DNA from: Bryobacterales bacterium
Lineage (GTDB): Bacteria > Acidobacteriota > Terriglobia > Bryobacterales > UBA6623
Length of the DNA stretch: 64,000 nt
Reading direction: 5' to 3'
Assembly: GCA_965248255.1 (NCBI GenBank)
Contig: CBDFIW010000001.1
Coordinates: forward strand, 1,492 to 65,491
This document shows positions 35,794 to 45,725 of this stretch, piece by piece. A program made the position numbers and the translations under genes. Under the pieces are notes generated by a model, which was given only the letters and a program-made list of their open reading frames with translations, had not been told where the DNA came from and did not search any database. Positions within the stretch are counted from its first letter, which is position 1, and each line of letters opens with the position of its first letter.

Positions 35794-36980
35794 CGCCCCG
35801 CCTTTCTCGGCCGGCCCCTCGGGCGGCGCGGCGCGGGTTCCGATTGCGGCGGCTTGCGGGGCCGGCCCCGGCCGCGCTTGATCTCGCCTGAGCGGACCCG
35901 CCCATCCTCGCGCAACACGGCCTCTCCCTCCATGCGGCGCAGATGCGTTTCGCGCCACAGAGCCAGTTGCCGTGCTTGCTCGATGCTCAGCGGTGCCGGT
36001 TGCTGCTCGGGGTTCCAATCATCCGGCAGCCAGTCGGCCAGATCGTGTTCGAGTGCCTTGAGGAGTTCGCCCGCGGCGGCGTAGACTGACGCGGCATGGA
36101 GATAAAGGGGCCTCGCGGCGGCCGCGAAATTTACCGCGCGTTCCGAACTTCTCTCGCCCAGGTCCGGGGACCGTGGCAGCTCGTCGGCCAAACGGCGGAT
36201 CGCTCCGATCCTCGCCAATGCCTGATCCGACAGCGCCGCGGCTTCCGACCGCGTCCGGGTCACCGAGGCCGGGTATTCCGAGCCCGCCACCGCCACCCCG
36301 TCCATCGACCGCAACTGCCAGTTCTCCTGCTTCAGGCTCTCCACCTGCTTCGCCGCGGTCTCGTTCCGCGCTTCGAGCTTGCGGATGCGGTCCTGCAACA
36401 TCTCGACCGACATGCAATCGAGTGCCGTCGGGTTCCAGCCCTGTTTCGCCGCCTCCTCTAAAACGTCGGGGTCGACGCGGGCCAGCGGCTCCAGCTTCGA
36501 TTGCGGCAGGTTGATCAGCCGCAACTGTTTCGCCACCGGCGTCATCAGCAGCCGCGCGACGAGCATCGCACGCTCCGCGCTGCGGTGCGGAATATGAAGC
36601 TTCCGCAGTAGCGGCAGAAACTCGCCGTGCGGCGTGCGTTCCTTGGCCCACAGCAGGTAATAGCCCCTTCTCACCCTCGACCGGGCTGCGCGGTTCTCCT
36701 CTTCCGCCGCCAGATCCAGCGCCTCGCTCACGTCGGAAGGCTCGACGACATTGAGCTGCTGCCCCAGCGCCCGCAGGCGTTCGGCGATTTCCGCCGCTTC
36801 CGTACCGGCGTAAGGATTTTCGGAGGGGGCAAATGCGCCAAGGTTGGCGCTTTTGGATTTCTCAGATCCGCCAAGATTGGCGTTTTCGGATTCCCTGGGA
36901 GCTTCAAATTCGCCAACTTGGCGAATTTGGTTTTTTGGAGGTTTTTCCGAGACAGGTGAAAGGGGTTGTGCCGCACTCAT
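35790..36980 (-). CDS. DUF3102-like protein with C-terminal AT-hooks
   Basis: GYYLLWAKERTPHGEFLPLLRKLHIPHRSAERAMLVARL resembles DUF3102. The C-terminus has KRGRGRPRK and PRGRPRK. The ATG at 36980 is preferred over the track start. Confidence 0.6.
   Translation of the reverse strand: MSAAQPLSPVSEKPPKNQIRQVGEFEAPRESENANLGGSEKSKSANLGAFAPSENPYAGTEAAEIAERLRALGQQLNVVEPSDVSEALDLAAEEENRAARSRVRRGYYLLWAKERTPHGEFLPLLRKLHIPHRSAERAMLVARLLMTPVAKQLRLINLPQSKLEPLARVDPDVLEEAAKQGWNPTALDCMSVEMLQDRIRKLEARNETAAKQVESLKQENWQLRSMDGVAVAGSEYPASVTRTRSEAAALSDQALARIGAIRRLADELPRSPDLGERSSERAVNFAAAARPLYLHAASVYAAAGELLKALEHDLADWLPDDWNPEQQPAPLSIEQARQLALWRETHLRRMEGEAVLREDGRVRSGEIKRGRGRPRKPPQSEPAPRRPRGRPRKAGR
36830..36930. repeat. 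three ~30-bp direct repeats, each centred on CGCCAA-N1-2-TTGGCG
   Basis: Palindromic cores are at 36835-36850 (GCGCCAAGGTTGGCGC), 36869-36882 (CGCCAAGATTGGCG) and 36910-36924 (TCGCCAACTTGGCGA). Each is followed by a TTTTGGATT-like tail. Confidence 0.7.
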
Positions 36981-37013
36981 CGGACGGCCCCCCTTTCCTC
37001 GGCCCGCTCTTCC

Positions 37014-37036
37014 CCCTTCCCCCGTAGGGGGAAGGG
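37014..37036. repeat. perfect 10-bp stem / 3-nt loop hairpin near the phage-like element end
   Basis: CCCTTCCCCC GTA GGGGGAAGGG. There is no U-tract on either strand. Confidence 0.6.
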
Positions 37037-37047
37037 CCTGGAGGGTG

Positions 37048-38039
37048 TCATGCGGTACAGCCAAATGCGGCCGCCCTGGCCCGCTCGTTCAGCTCGCCGT
37101 AGTCTTTCGGACAGACGTTCGGCAACTCGTGCTGCTTCCAGTAAGCCCAGATGTATTCCACCGGATTCAACTCCGGCGCATAGGGTGGCAAGTACTCGGT
37201 TGCGATGTGGCCTTCGGAGAGTTCGATGAACTCTTGCACCAGGCGGCTACGGTGCGCCGGCAGCCGATCCCAGACGATCAGCAGCGGGCGATCGATATGA
37301 CGTACCAACGCCTTGAGAAAGTCGGTCACTTGCTCTTTGCCGATCGCACCGGGATAGAGCCGGAAGTAGAAGTTACGCAGCGTCAGCCCCGCCGAGACGG
37401 AAAGCTTCTCCCAGTTGAAGTTAAACTGCAGCACCGGTGTTTGGCCACGTGGCGCCCAGGTGCGGCAGCGATGCGGCTTCTGACTCAATCCGCTTTCGTC
37501 GATGAAGACGAGCGTACGGCCTTCGTTTTGGGCTTTTTTTTAATGCGCTTCCAGGTCTTGCGCTTCCAGGTGCGGATCCGCTCTTCGTTGCGCTCGCGCG
37601 CCTTTCCGGCCGGGCGTTGCGGGCTCCAGTCGAGCGCTCGCAGGATCTTCCAGGCGTGGCCTGCGTGGTATGCGACCCCGAACTCGTCTCCGATCAGCCG
37701 AGCCACCCGCGGACAGCTCCACAGGGGCGTTGGGAAGCCGTGGGCTTCCGGGCCTTCCAGCAGCAGCGACGTCAGGCGTTCGCGTTGTGCGGCATCGAGG
37801 AGCGGCTTGCGTCCGGCGCGCCCGGCCTGGCGGAGTCCGGCCGCACCCTGCTCGCGGTATTGCCGCCGCCACTCACTGACGGTTTGGCGAGCGACGTTCA
37901 GCCGTCTCGCCGTCTCGGACTGATTGTGGCCTTGGTGGAGCAGCCGCATCGCTTCGAAACGGCGCTTCTCCAGCGCCTTGAAATCCCGCTTCACACCTTT
38001 GGGGTTGCCCATACATATATAGATGCTCCACACTGTCAA
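37048..38039 (-). pseudogene. IS630-family transposase of copy D, C-terminus replaced
   Basis: The ORFs 37485-38039 and 37048-37488 match copy B except at the end, which reads ...NERARAAAFGCTA* instead of ...NERARKALRRMYRKPRLITAF.... Confidence 0.8.
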
Positions 38040-38067
38040 AAAGTGTCATAATAATTTGCGGGATTCA
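37051..38067 (-). mobile_element. IS630-family copy D, 3'-truncated
   Basis: Nearly identical to copy B, with the T8 slippery run at 37534-37541. The 5' terminal repeat ...GCGGGATTCAA ends at 38067 and is followed by TA. Homology to copy B is lost left of 37051, so about 95 nt including the other terminal repeat is missing. Confidence 0.85.
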
Positions 38068-40006
38068 ATAGGTAGGCCCTCGCAAGCTTTCCCTGTCACA
38101 CCACCGGGCATACGGGTCCCGTACCACGGCGGTTCGGAGGAGTTAAGCGTTCGAAGATGCCGACAATCTGGGAAGGCCGAGCGAATCGAAATAGACATTG
38201 GGCAGCGCTTGCTGGACAGCCGCGTGCCGCGACATGGCCCACAAACCAGTGGCGGAACCGGCGGCAATGGCCGCACGATAATGCGGCACGCCCAATCGCC
38301 GTAGGTTGGCGAATCGGGTCGGCCCATTCCCCCACTGCCGCCAGGTCATCATGCGGAGTCTCCGGCGGATCCGCGCATCCAGGTTGCGAAACACCAGCGG
38401 GTCTTGGCTGAAGCCAAAGTAGCTCCGCCAGCCGAGCAGATACGGCCTCAATGAGCCGATCATCCGCTCAATGCTGATCCCGCGCGTCCTGCTCGTCAGC
38501 TCTCGCACTCGCGCTTGGAACCTTTGCAACGCCTCGGGCGATATCAATCGCTGAGGCTCCGCTCCGGTCGTCAAGCGAAAGCCTAAGAACTTCCGATCGT
38601 TGGGTCGAGCCACCGCACTCTTCGATTTGTTGACCTTGAGTCGGAGTTTCTTTGTAAGAAACTTACAGACGCCGGCCATCACCCGTTCCCCCGCCCTGCG
38701 ACTGCGAACGTAGATGTTACAGTCGCCGGCGTAGCGGCAGAAGCGATGGCCGCGCCGTTCCAACTCGCGATCCAAATCGCCGAGCACGAGGTTCGACAAC
38801 AACGGCGACAACGGTCCGCCTTGTGGCGTGCCTTCGTCGGCAGGACTCACCAGCCCGTCGTCCATCACCCCGACGGTTAGAAACGCCCGGATGAGTTTCA
38901 GCAATCGCTTGTCGGGGACACGTTTGGCGACACGAGCCATCAGCAGGTCATGGTTGACTCGATCGAAGAACTTCTCCAGATCGATGTCTACGACCCACTG
39001 ATAGCCTGCGGCGACGTAGGCTTGCGCCTGAGTCACCGCCTGATGCGCCGAACGTCCCGGTCGGAAGCCATAGCTGTTGTTGGAAAACGTCGGGTCCCAG
39101 CGCTTCTGCAGAACCTGCAAGACCGCTTGCTGGATCAGTCGGTCGAGCACCGTAGGGATGCCCAACTTCCTGACCCCGCCGCCGGGCTTCGGGATTTCCA
39201 CCCTGCGCACCGGTTGCGGTTTGTACGTTCCTTGAAGCAACTGTTCCCGGATGGCTGGCCAGTGCTTGCGAAGGTCGTCCAGCGTTTCGTCGATGGTCTT
39301 GCCATCAACACCCGGACTCCCTTTGTTACCCCGAACTTGTTTCCAAGCCTTTACGAGATTGCTTCGCTCGCACACCTCCTCCATCAGTCGTTCTTCTCGC
39401 GTCGGGCTTTCAGATTCCCGCTTCACCGCGGACGGTTCGGTCCCTTGCCGAGCGCGCCTCGGGGCTTCACCCTTTGGCTCGTCCATGAAGGCCAGTCGTT
39501 GCTGGGTTTTCTGCCGCTTGCCGTCCATGAGTTGCGAGTCTTACTTGCCGCTCTCTTCCGTTCGGGCCTTCGGCCATCGTTCTCGGTTCGGCCTATCTGT
39601 TGGCTCCGTTTTTCGACTTGTGGAGTGCCTTACTAGCCTTGCCGACTGCATGGCCTACTATGCCCTCTGCTGACTTCTGCGCCCCGATCAGGTCGCCTCG
39701 CGGCTCCCCCAGTCCCAAACAGCGGGACGGAACGCAGACCTCCCGGGGTAAGTCTGACCGCCTTCGCCGCACACCTGCCGAATCTACAGCCTTGGCCCTT
39801 GATGGAACTGGACTTCGCGATCAGTTGTCCGCTCGTCCGACCAAAGATGCCTCTTATCCGGTTTCTGTTCGTCAGGTCGCGGTTTTGTTCCACGCTTCCT
39901 CTGGACCCCGCCTCGCGACGACGCCCTTGCGCTTCCCTAGCACTTCACCTCCATCAGGCTGTGCAGAGGACTTTCACCTCCAAGCTGTCAGACATGCCCG
40001 GCACAC
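38068..40006 (-). mobile_element. group II intron, copy 1 (ribozyme + intron-encoded protein)
   Basis: The 5' end is GTGTGCCGGG... and the 3' end is ...GCGAGGGCCTACCTAT. A domain V-like hairpin, CCGCCGTGGTACGGGACCCGTATGCCCGGTGG, lies downstream of the ORF. Boundaries were set by where the two copies diverge. Confidence 0.85.
38143..39528 (-). CDS. group II intron reverse transcriptase/maturase (no En domain)
   Basis: 461 aa with RT motifs RPGRSAHQA, VVDIDLEKFFD, PQGGPLSPLLSN and RYAGDCNIYV. A maturase X-like region follows (LRPYLLGWRSYFGF). Confidence 0.9.
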   Translation of the reverse strand: MDGKRQKTQQRLAFMDEPKGEAPRRARQGTEPSAVKRESESPTREERLMEEVCERSNLVKAWKQVRGNKGSPGVDGKTIDETLDDLRKHWPAIREQLLQGTYKPQPVRRVEIPKPGGGVRKLGIPTVLDRLIQQAVLQVLQKRWDPTFSNNSYGFRPGRSAHQAVTQAQAYVAAGYQWVVDIDLEKFFDRVNHDLLMARVAKRVPDKRLLKLIRAFLTVGVMDDGLVSPADEGTPQGGPLSPLLSNLVLGDLDRELERRGHRFCRYAGDCNIYVRSRRAGERVMAGVCKFLTKKLRLKVNKSKSAVARPNDRKFLGFRLTTGAEPQRLISPEALQRFQARVRELTSRTRGISIERMIGSLRPYLLGWRSYFGFSQDPLVFRNLDARIRRRLRMMTWRQWGNGPTRFANLRRLGVPHYRAAIAAGSATGLWAMSRHAAVQQALPNVYFDSLGLPRLSASSNA

Positions 40007-40420
40007 AACCAAGACGGCGAGGGCGCCGTCGGCGGGCAAACCTGTATTGCGAAAGCGTTCCGCGGTCGCTCGCCGACCCGACCAACCCGAGCCGTCAATG
40101 CAGGTGACTTTGCCGGTCTCGGCCTCGTAGTACATGATCAGCAGGTGGCCCCCGATGCCGGCACGGTGCGGCTCGACAACAGTACTGGCGAAAGTCGCCG
40201 CAACGCCCGCGTCGAGGGCATTCCCCCCTTGTTCCAACATGCGGTATCCCGCCATAGCAGTGGCATAGTGGCCAGCGGCAACCATGTGCTTCTTTCCCAA
40301 AATGACGGGACGCCAGGTTCGACTCTGTGCCACCAGGGTCGACTGCAGAAGGATAAAACCGATGGCGATCACCGCCGAGTAGTGGAGTGGCGGGCGAGGT
40401 CTCCTATTCATCTGGTTCAC
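40007..40420 (-). pseudogene. ggt: gamma-glutamyltransferase, N-terminal fragment ending at the intron 5' junction
   Basis: Signal-like N-terminus, then AAGHYATAMAGYRMLEQGGNALDAGVAATFASTVVEPHRAGIGGHLLIMYY...IDGSGW, typical of the GGT family. The rest of the gene (catalytic Thr region) is not found in the window. Confidence 0.75.
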
Positions 40421-40752
40421 TCCGCGTTAGCGTCCATGGGCACTTCCACATCCAACAAGGGTGCATACTGCTGCGCGCCGAACATATCCGGGTCCCCAGG
40501 GCCACCGGTAGACTGCTCACGGTAAATGGTGAACTTGATGGCAAATGCGGGTGCGAACTCGACAAAATCGGAAATGCGTTCTTGCGGAATACCATAGAGT
40601 CGGGCCACCGACTCACGCGTGAGGACTTGGCTGTCTCTCACCAGATCGTAAGTCTCTTTGTCGGTGAAAATGACGTCGAAGGTGATCTTGTCGACTCCGG
40701 CGTTCTTGCTGCGGATGGTCTTTGCCAAATCCGACAGTTTCTTACTAGGCAT
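40417..40752 (-). CDS. DUF4387 domain protein (AtuA-associated)
   Basis: 111 aa. LSDLAKTIRSKNAGVDKITFDVIFTDKETYDLV...FAIKFTI matches my recollection of the DUF4387 family. It follows the AtuA-like gene. Confidence 0.65.
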   Translation of the reverse strand: MPSKKLSDLAKTIRSKNAGVDKITFDVIFTDKETYDLVRDSQVLTRESVARLYGIPQERISDFVEFAPAFAIKFTIYREQSTGGPGDPDMFGAQQYAPLLDVEVPMDANAE

Positions 40753-40762
40753 GGCGACTTCC

Positions 40763-42137
40763 TTATTCCCCGGCCTCGGTCATATGTACGGGAAACAGTT
40801 CCAGGGGATCGTCGACGCGCAAGGTGTGACTCATGGTCCAGCGGTAGGCAGGCTTGCCCGGAAGTACCTCGTTCAATCCAAGGACCGCCACCATACCGGC
40901 CGTACCCTTGGACTCCGGTATCCGGGCGTAAAAGGTCTGGCGGGTGGCGATTCCGCAGACCTCTTCGGCCATCTCCTTGGTGGGGGCAATGCCCTGAATC
41001 ACTAGACAGACCTCGTGGGATCTGGTTTTGCACGGCTCGAGATTGCCCATCACAGCATCCCTGCCGTAGACGTGGAAGAAGAGCTGATAGCCTTCATCGC
41101 CGAACTTCTCTCGCACGTGAGCCCTGCACCACTCGATCATCTTGTCCACGTTAGCGATCGTATCTGGGTCACGGATGCCGACGATCCCGACGTAGCGCTC
41201 ACCGACCTTGCCGGATCCTTCCAGTTTCACTCGAAACTCAGTGGCCGGTCTGAATTCGGGCCCCGTGACTCGAGTCGTCTTCTCGTCGTAACTGCTCGTA
41301 GCGGCACTGCCTCATGTCTAGGACCCCGCCGGCGACGTGCTCGTAGTAGGGATCGGCACGCTCATACATGGCGTGCCCAGCGACCGAGGCCACAGTGCAG
41401 CGCTGCTCAGGATGCATCGCGGTCACTTTCACGTCTTGCATCGAGACTTCCCCGATGACACTCTCCTTCCCTCCATAGGGTTCGGCGCAGAAGGAGGCGC
41501 ACTCGAGGACCTTGCCCAAGTAGTAGGGGAAGCTCTCGGGGAACCCGGCCCGGATTGCAGGAGCGGCAAAGATCGCATTATCGCTGCCTCGGCCGCCGAT
41601 GATCACGTCGGCCCCTAGGTCCAGTAGCTTCATGTAGGGATGAACCCCCGCAAGGGCCACAATGCGGTCCGTCATCTCGATATCCTGCAAAGTCAGTTCG
41701 GATCGGCCGTGGAGGCCTTCAATCGCTCCGCCTTGGTGCAGCTTCTTGCGTAGTGAGTCCTTCTCGACCTCGGAGTAGAAGTAGCCGAGCCTGAAACCGG
41801 ACAGCTTATGCTTCGCCGCCAGATCCTTGATGATCCCAACGTAGAGGTCCACGCGGCTGTTGGCGCCGGTGTCTCCGGCCGATCCGATGATCATGGGCAC
41901 TCCTACGCTGCGGGAGGCCAGGAGCATCTGCTCAAGATCTTGCGTTTGGCTGTCCAGCGGACTGCACGAGGTGTCGCTACCCAGCAGCACCGGGCCAATA
42001 TCATCGCTTCCCGAATCCGCCACTATGAAATCCGGATTCATCTCCACTCCTCGCCGGAAGCTGTCGATCTTGAATGGAGTGTAGCCGAGGTGCCCAGTAG
42101 GACAGAGGAATCGCTTAGTCGTGTTCTTCACCGTCAT
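40763..42137 (-). pseudogene. AtuA-like (DUF1446) acyclic terpene utilisation family protein, frameshifted
   Basis: The N-terminal ORF is 41238-42167 and the C-terminal ORF is 40763-41230. The frame of the downstream ORF is open upstream as ...SYDEKTTRVTGPEFRPATEFRVKLEGSGK. That indicates a 1-nt frameshift near 41290. Confidence 0.7.
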
Positions 42138-42594
42138 TCTTCTTTGGGGCCGGCCCGTACACAGCATAGTACCTCACGACCGGAGCAAGCCAAGAGAGTG
42201 AGAATGCAATTTGAGCGACGCCTGAGACGACGCCCACCGGGCCTATTTCCACAATTTTCCACAATAAAGGGCATGTCCGGGATTGCCTAGGTTGAGATCC
42301 TACTGCTCTTTCCGCTATGCAGTCGGTGGTGGACATCCCGATCGCAGGCTGTTTCAGATCGTGAAGAACTCTGTCGTCCGAGTTGCGTATCGTCCGCATT
42401 CGCTCTTGTAGTGCGAATCGCGAAAGGCGGCATGCGGCGTCTTGGGCCACACTGACTCGACCGTAGACTCCGCCTGCACCAAGCTAGTCGCGAACTGATG
42501 TGCGATCGCAACGCGTGGGTTGAGAGCTCAATCGGCAACCCGGATTGGTTCTTGCTTGCAGACGATCGGACCCAGGCGCCCGGGTGAATGCACA

Positions 42595-43990
42595 CTACTC
42601 GGAGTCACCCTCATCCGCACTGACCACTTCGGCTTCTCTTTCGCGGAGCTGGTCGGGCGGCCGAGCGAACCAGCCGATCAGGTATTTCGACAACAGCAGA
42701 CAGGCGCAACAAGCGATCGACAGCGATACGACCGTCCCCCCGATGTAGTCCCGGATGATCAGCTGCGGGACGACGACGATCACGCCGATCGAGACAAGAG
42801 ACATTCCCAGATAGGCGATGCCGAAATCCTCCAACGTCTTCGATCGGAACTTCGGGTCTACGATGCGCAGCAGAGAAATTCCCACGGCGATCACGCCGGT
42901 GTTCCAACCGTAGGTGAATAGACTCCGCTCCAGCCAGAAATTCCGGAAAATCTTTCTACCGACAAACCAGAAGAAGGCAACAGAGTAGACAAGACCAAAA
43001 AGGCACATCACGGCGAGTGGGAGTGCGTATTCCATTACGACCTTGATCTTGATCGAAGCGATCGCGAAGGCTACGAGATAGTCCGACGCTGTCGAACCGA
43101 TCCGTTCCATGACACGAGGGTCTACAAAGATTCCCAGGCCTAACCCGTCCAAGGTTTTTTGGATCAGAGCTCCTGCGAGCATGGCGATCGCGAAAAGCGG
43201 CAGGACGAAGTTTTCGGGTAGCACAGATGCGACTAGATCGTTCGCCAGGTGGGCCAGGCCGAAGGCCGCGAGGACTAGAGCAATGTGCCAAGCAAGGGGG
43301 TCGATCGCAATTGGACTTACCGTTTCCTGGCCGAGCGGTCTTCTCTGGTGTGGCGGGAGGAATCCCTTTCGGATGCTTTCTGGTAGTTCGTGAGGGGTCT
43401 TGACAAGCCGGGTCCAGCCCCGTTTTGTCGCCACGTTGATGATAAGAATCCCGCCAACAACGCCGCTCAGCAGACCGACCGTGGAGAAGGTGTAAGCGAT
43501 GGTCAAAGCATCTTTCCAACCGGCCTCTTGCAGGACTTGGCCGATGGCAGTGGCCGTGCCGTGCCCTCCAGCAAAGCCAGCAGGCAGGAGAAGAGCGAAG
43601 CCCACGTCGAGGTCCGGGAAGAGAGTTCGCAGTAGGAACATCCCGAGCAGCAGCGCCGCGGCATATTGCCTGATCTCGCTGGCGACGTTGTAGAAGAATG
43701 TGTCCCCCCGCGCGGCGAATAAGATGACCGCCCGAACCCTCTCTCGCCCCCATGAACAGTGTGCCGAACAGGAGCGCCACCAGAAACGATCGATAGGCAT
43801 CGAGCGCGAGGTTTCCGCTGGACGTTTCCTGGAACGGAATCAGACCGAGATTCCGGGTGCTTCCAATGAGGCCAATGAACCCGGCCAGCATCGCCGAGGG
43901 CAGGTAGATCCGCTGCAGGAAAGCTGACCACGACCGCAAGACGTGGGCCAGGATCAACAAGAGCGACATGAGCGCGAAATCGAGGACCAT
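42595..43990 (-). pseudogene. gltS: sodium/glutamate symporter (GltS/ESS family)-like, frameshifted
   Basis: The N-terminal 85 or so codons are in the frame of 42956-43990 and the remainder in the frame of 42595-43800. The switch is best placed at the 7-nt C/G homopolymer at 43702-43708 (...LIRRAGG | DTFFYNVASE...). Confidence 0.65.
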
Positions 43991-44246
43991 ATTGAGTCAG
44001 GACTAGGATCGATTCTACTGTTTCCGTCATGCCGATCAGACGGCATCTTGCCTCGAATCCCATCCGGCGCGGCCACAGATCCTCTTTCTAGGCCAGGGTC
44101 TACGCTGCGCTCTGCGCGATTAGTGACGCGAACCTTAGGACCGTATCGACCGTGCGGCGGGCGAACAGCGGTGGAAAGAGGGGGTGTCAGCGGGTGCCGC
44201 CGCATTGTCGATAGAGGTTATAGGAGGAAGCCGGGCTCAGGCCTGG

Positions 44247-44747
44247 CTATGTGGATTGTAGGGGTTTGCTCGGTCGTCGGACAGCAGGAGGAGGACCTTT
44301 CGTGAGTCGAACGGGGCTTGGATCGCCCGGATTGCTCTGATGTGTGGAAGCAAGGAAGTCCTCGAAGACGGGCGAATCAGCCCCACAGAAAGACGCAGGG
44401 CGCGGCAGTGCTAAGCGCCTCCTTGCGGCCAGGGCCCGCGGCACGGTGAACACGACATGGCAGTAACGCACGGGAAGCAGTTCCTTGGCCCGTGCGGCCA
44501 GCCAGCGGTCGCGCGCCGCCGACTGACACTTCGGGCAGTGTCGGTTGCAGCACGAGTTGTAAGCGATCCGTTCGGCCGAGCAAGAATCGCACTGTTCGAT
44601 GTGAGCGCCCTGGGCGGCGCTGCGACACGAGCCGATGTCGCGAAGGGTCTTGCGTTGGCGGCTGGAGAGACGGTGTCCCCAGCGTTTGAGCAACTCCCCT
44701 TCGTGTTGGTGAATGACAGCGGCCACTTCCAGCCGATGGCGGCTCAT
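44247..44747 (-). pseudogene. IS91-family transposase, N-terminal zinc-binding fragment only
   Basis: CRSAAQGAHIEQCDSCSAERIAYNSCCNRHCPKCQSAARDRWLAARAKELLPVRYCHVVFTVP is typical of the IS91 N-terminal domain. Similarity is lost after this point and the HUH/Y catalytic part is absent. Confidence 0.75.
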
Positions 44748-45619
44748 CGCCGGCGGCCATCACCGTCGTGAGTGAGTCCCTCACGAATCTCGAGTTCTTC
44801 CAAAGGACTCGTGATCCCCTGCGGGCGCGGTTCTGCGACATGCAGATACCGCGCCGTCGTCTTGAGGCTGACGTGCCCTAGCAAGACCTGGATGGTGCGC
44901 AGATCCGTTCCCGCTTCGAGCAGATGTGTGGCGAACGAATGTCGCGGGATGTGCGGCGTCGCCGGCTTGCGGATACCCGCCTTGCGGCCGAGCTTTTGGC
45001 AGATCTGCCGCACCCCCGAGGGGCGCAGCTTGGCGCCGCGCATACGCCCCGGAAACAACAACTCGTTCGGCTTCGCCCAGCGCCAGTACAGACGCAGCAA
45101 CTCCAGTAGCTTCGGTGACAGCATCACCTGCCGAGGCTTCTGTCCTTTGCCACGGCGCACCAGGATCACCATCCGCTCCGAGTCAATGTCGCCCGGTTCG
45201 AGCTGCAACACTTCGTCGAGACGCAACCCGGCTCCGTAGAACACTCCCAGGATCGCGCGATGCTTCAGATTCACCGTCTCGTCCAGCAGCACCGTCACTT
45301 CTTCGCGGCTGAGCACGACGGGGACTCGACGCCGGATCTTGGGTCGAGCGATCCGTTCGACAACCCAAGGTTGCTGGAGTGTTTGGCTGTAGAAGAACTT
45401 CAGCGCCGCCGTGCGCACCCCGAACGTCGATCCTGCGAGTTGACGCTGCTCGATCAAGTACAGTTGATACTCGCGAATCTGCTCCGGGCCCAGTTGCTCC
45501 GGCGACTGGCCGAAATAGCGGGCGAAATCCTCAACGGCCTTGGTATAGCTGCGCATCGTCTGCGGCGAGTAGTTGCGCCACCGCAGGTCTTCGATCATCC
45601 TCTGACGTAGCTTGGTCAT
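44744..45619 (-). CDS. tyrosine recombinase/integrase (IS91-associated type)
   Basis: 291 aa with an N-terminal SAM-like domain. The catalytic context is GAGLRLDEV...[38 protein letters not shown] (R...HxxR...Y). It has a 4-nt overlap with the IS91 fragment. Confidence 0.85.
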   Translation of the reverse strand: MTKLRQRMIEDLRWRNYSPQTMRSYTKAVEDFARYFGQSPEQLGPEQIREYQLYLIEQRQLAGSTFGVRTAALKFFYSQTLQQPWVVERIARPKIRRRVPVVLSREEVTVLLDETVNLKHRAILGVFYGAGLRLDEVLQLEPGDIDSERMVILVRRGKGQKPRQVMLSPKLLELLRLYWRWAKPNELLFPGRMRGAKLRPSGVRQICQKLGRKAGIRKPATPHIPRHSFATHLLEAGTDLRTIQVLLGHVSLKTTARYLHVAEPRPQGITSPLEELEIREGLTHDGDGRRR

Positions 45620-45725
45620 GAACGACCTCCTTTCGGTCGCTCCTTGTTGCGCTACCTCAACAAAGCCTCAATACCTCCCCCCTGCAGGCCCTCCCCTCAC
45701 CTCTGCCGCGCATAGCGGCTTGGTT

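Larger units (their letters stand above)
18850..37050 (-). mobile_element. Transposable-phage-like prophage remnant (early, recombination/replication, DNA-modification and lysis genes; no head or tail genes)
   Basis: An almost gapless minus-strand block: DUF3102, MuA/TnsB-type transposase, exonuclease, RecT, SMC-like ATPase, SF2 helicase, primase-helicase, MTase block, DUF5131, membrane proteins and GH24 lysozyme. The right boundary is 37050, where it abuts the truncated IS630 D. The left boundary is uncertain. Confidence 0.6.

Noticed and set aside
37014-37036. Perfect hairpin as a Rho-independent terminator
   Set aside because: There is no T/U tract on either strand. It is kept only as a structural repeat near the element end.
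36844-37923. 359-aa plus-strand ORF spanning the phage-like end and IS630 D
   Set aside because: It crosses two unrelated elements and is antisense to both the DUF3102 gene and the IS630 transposase. It is an artefact of high GC.
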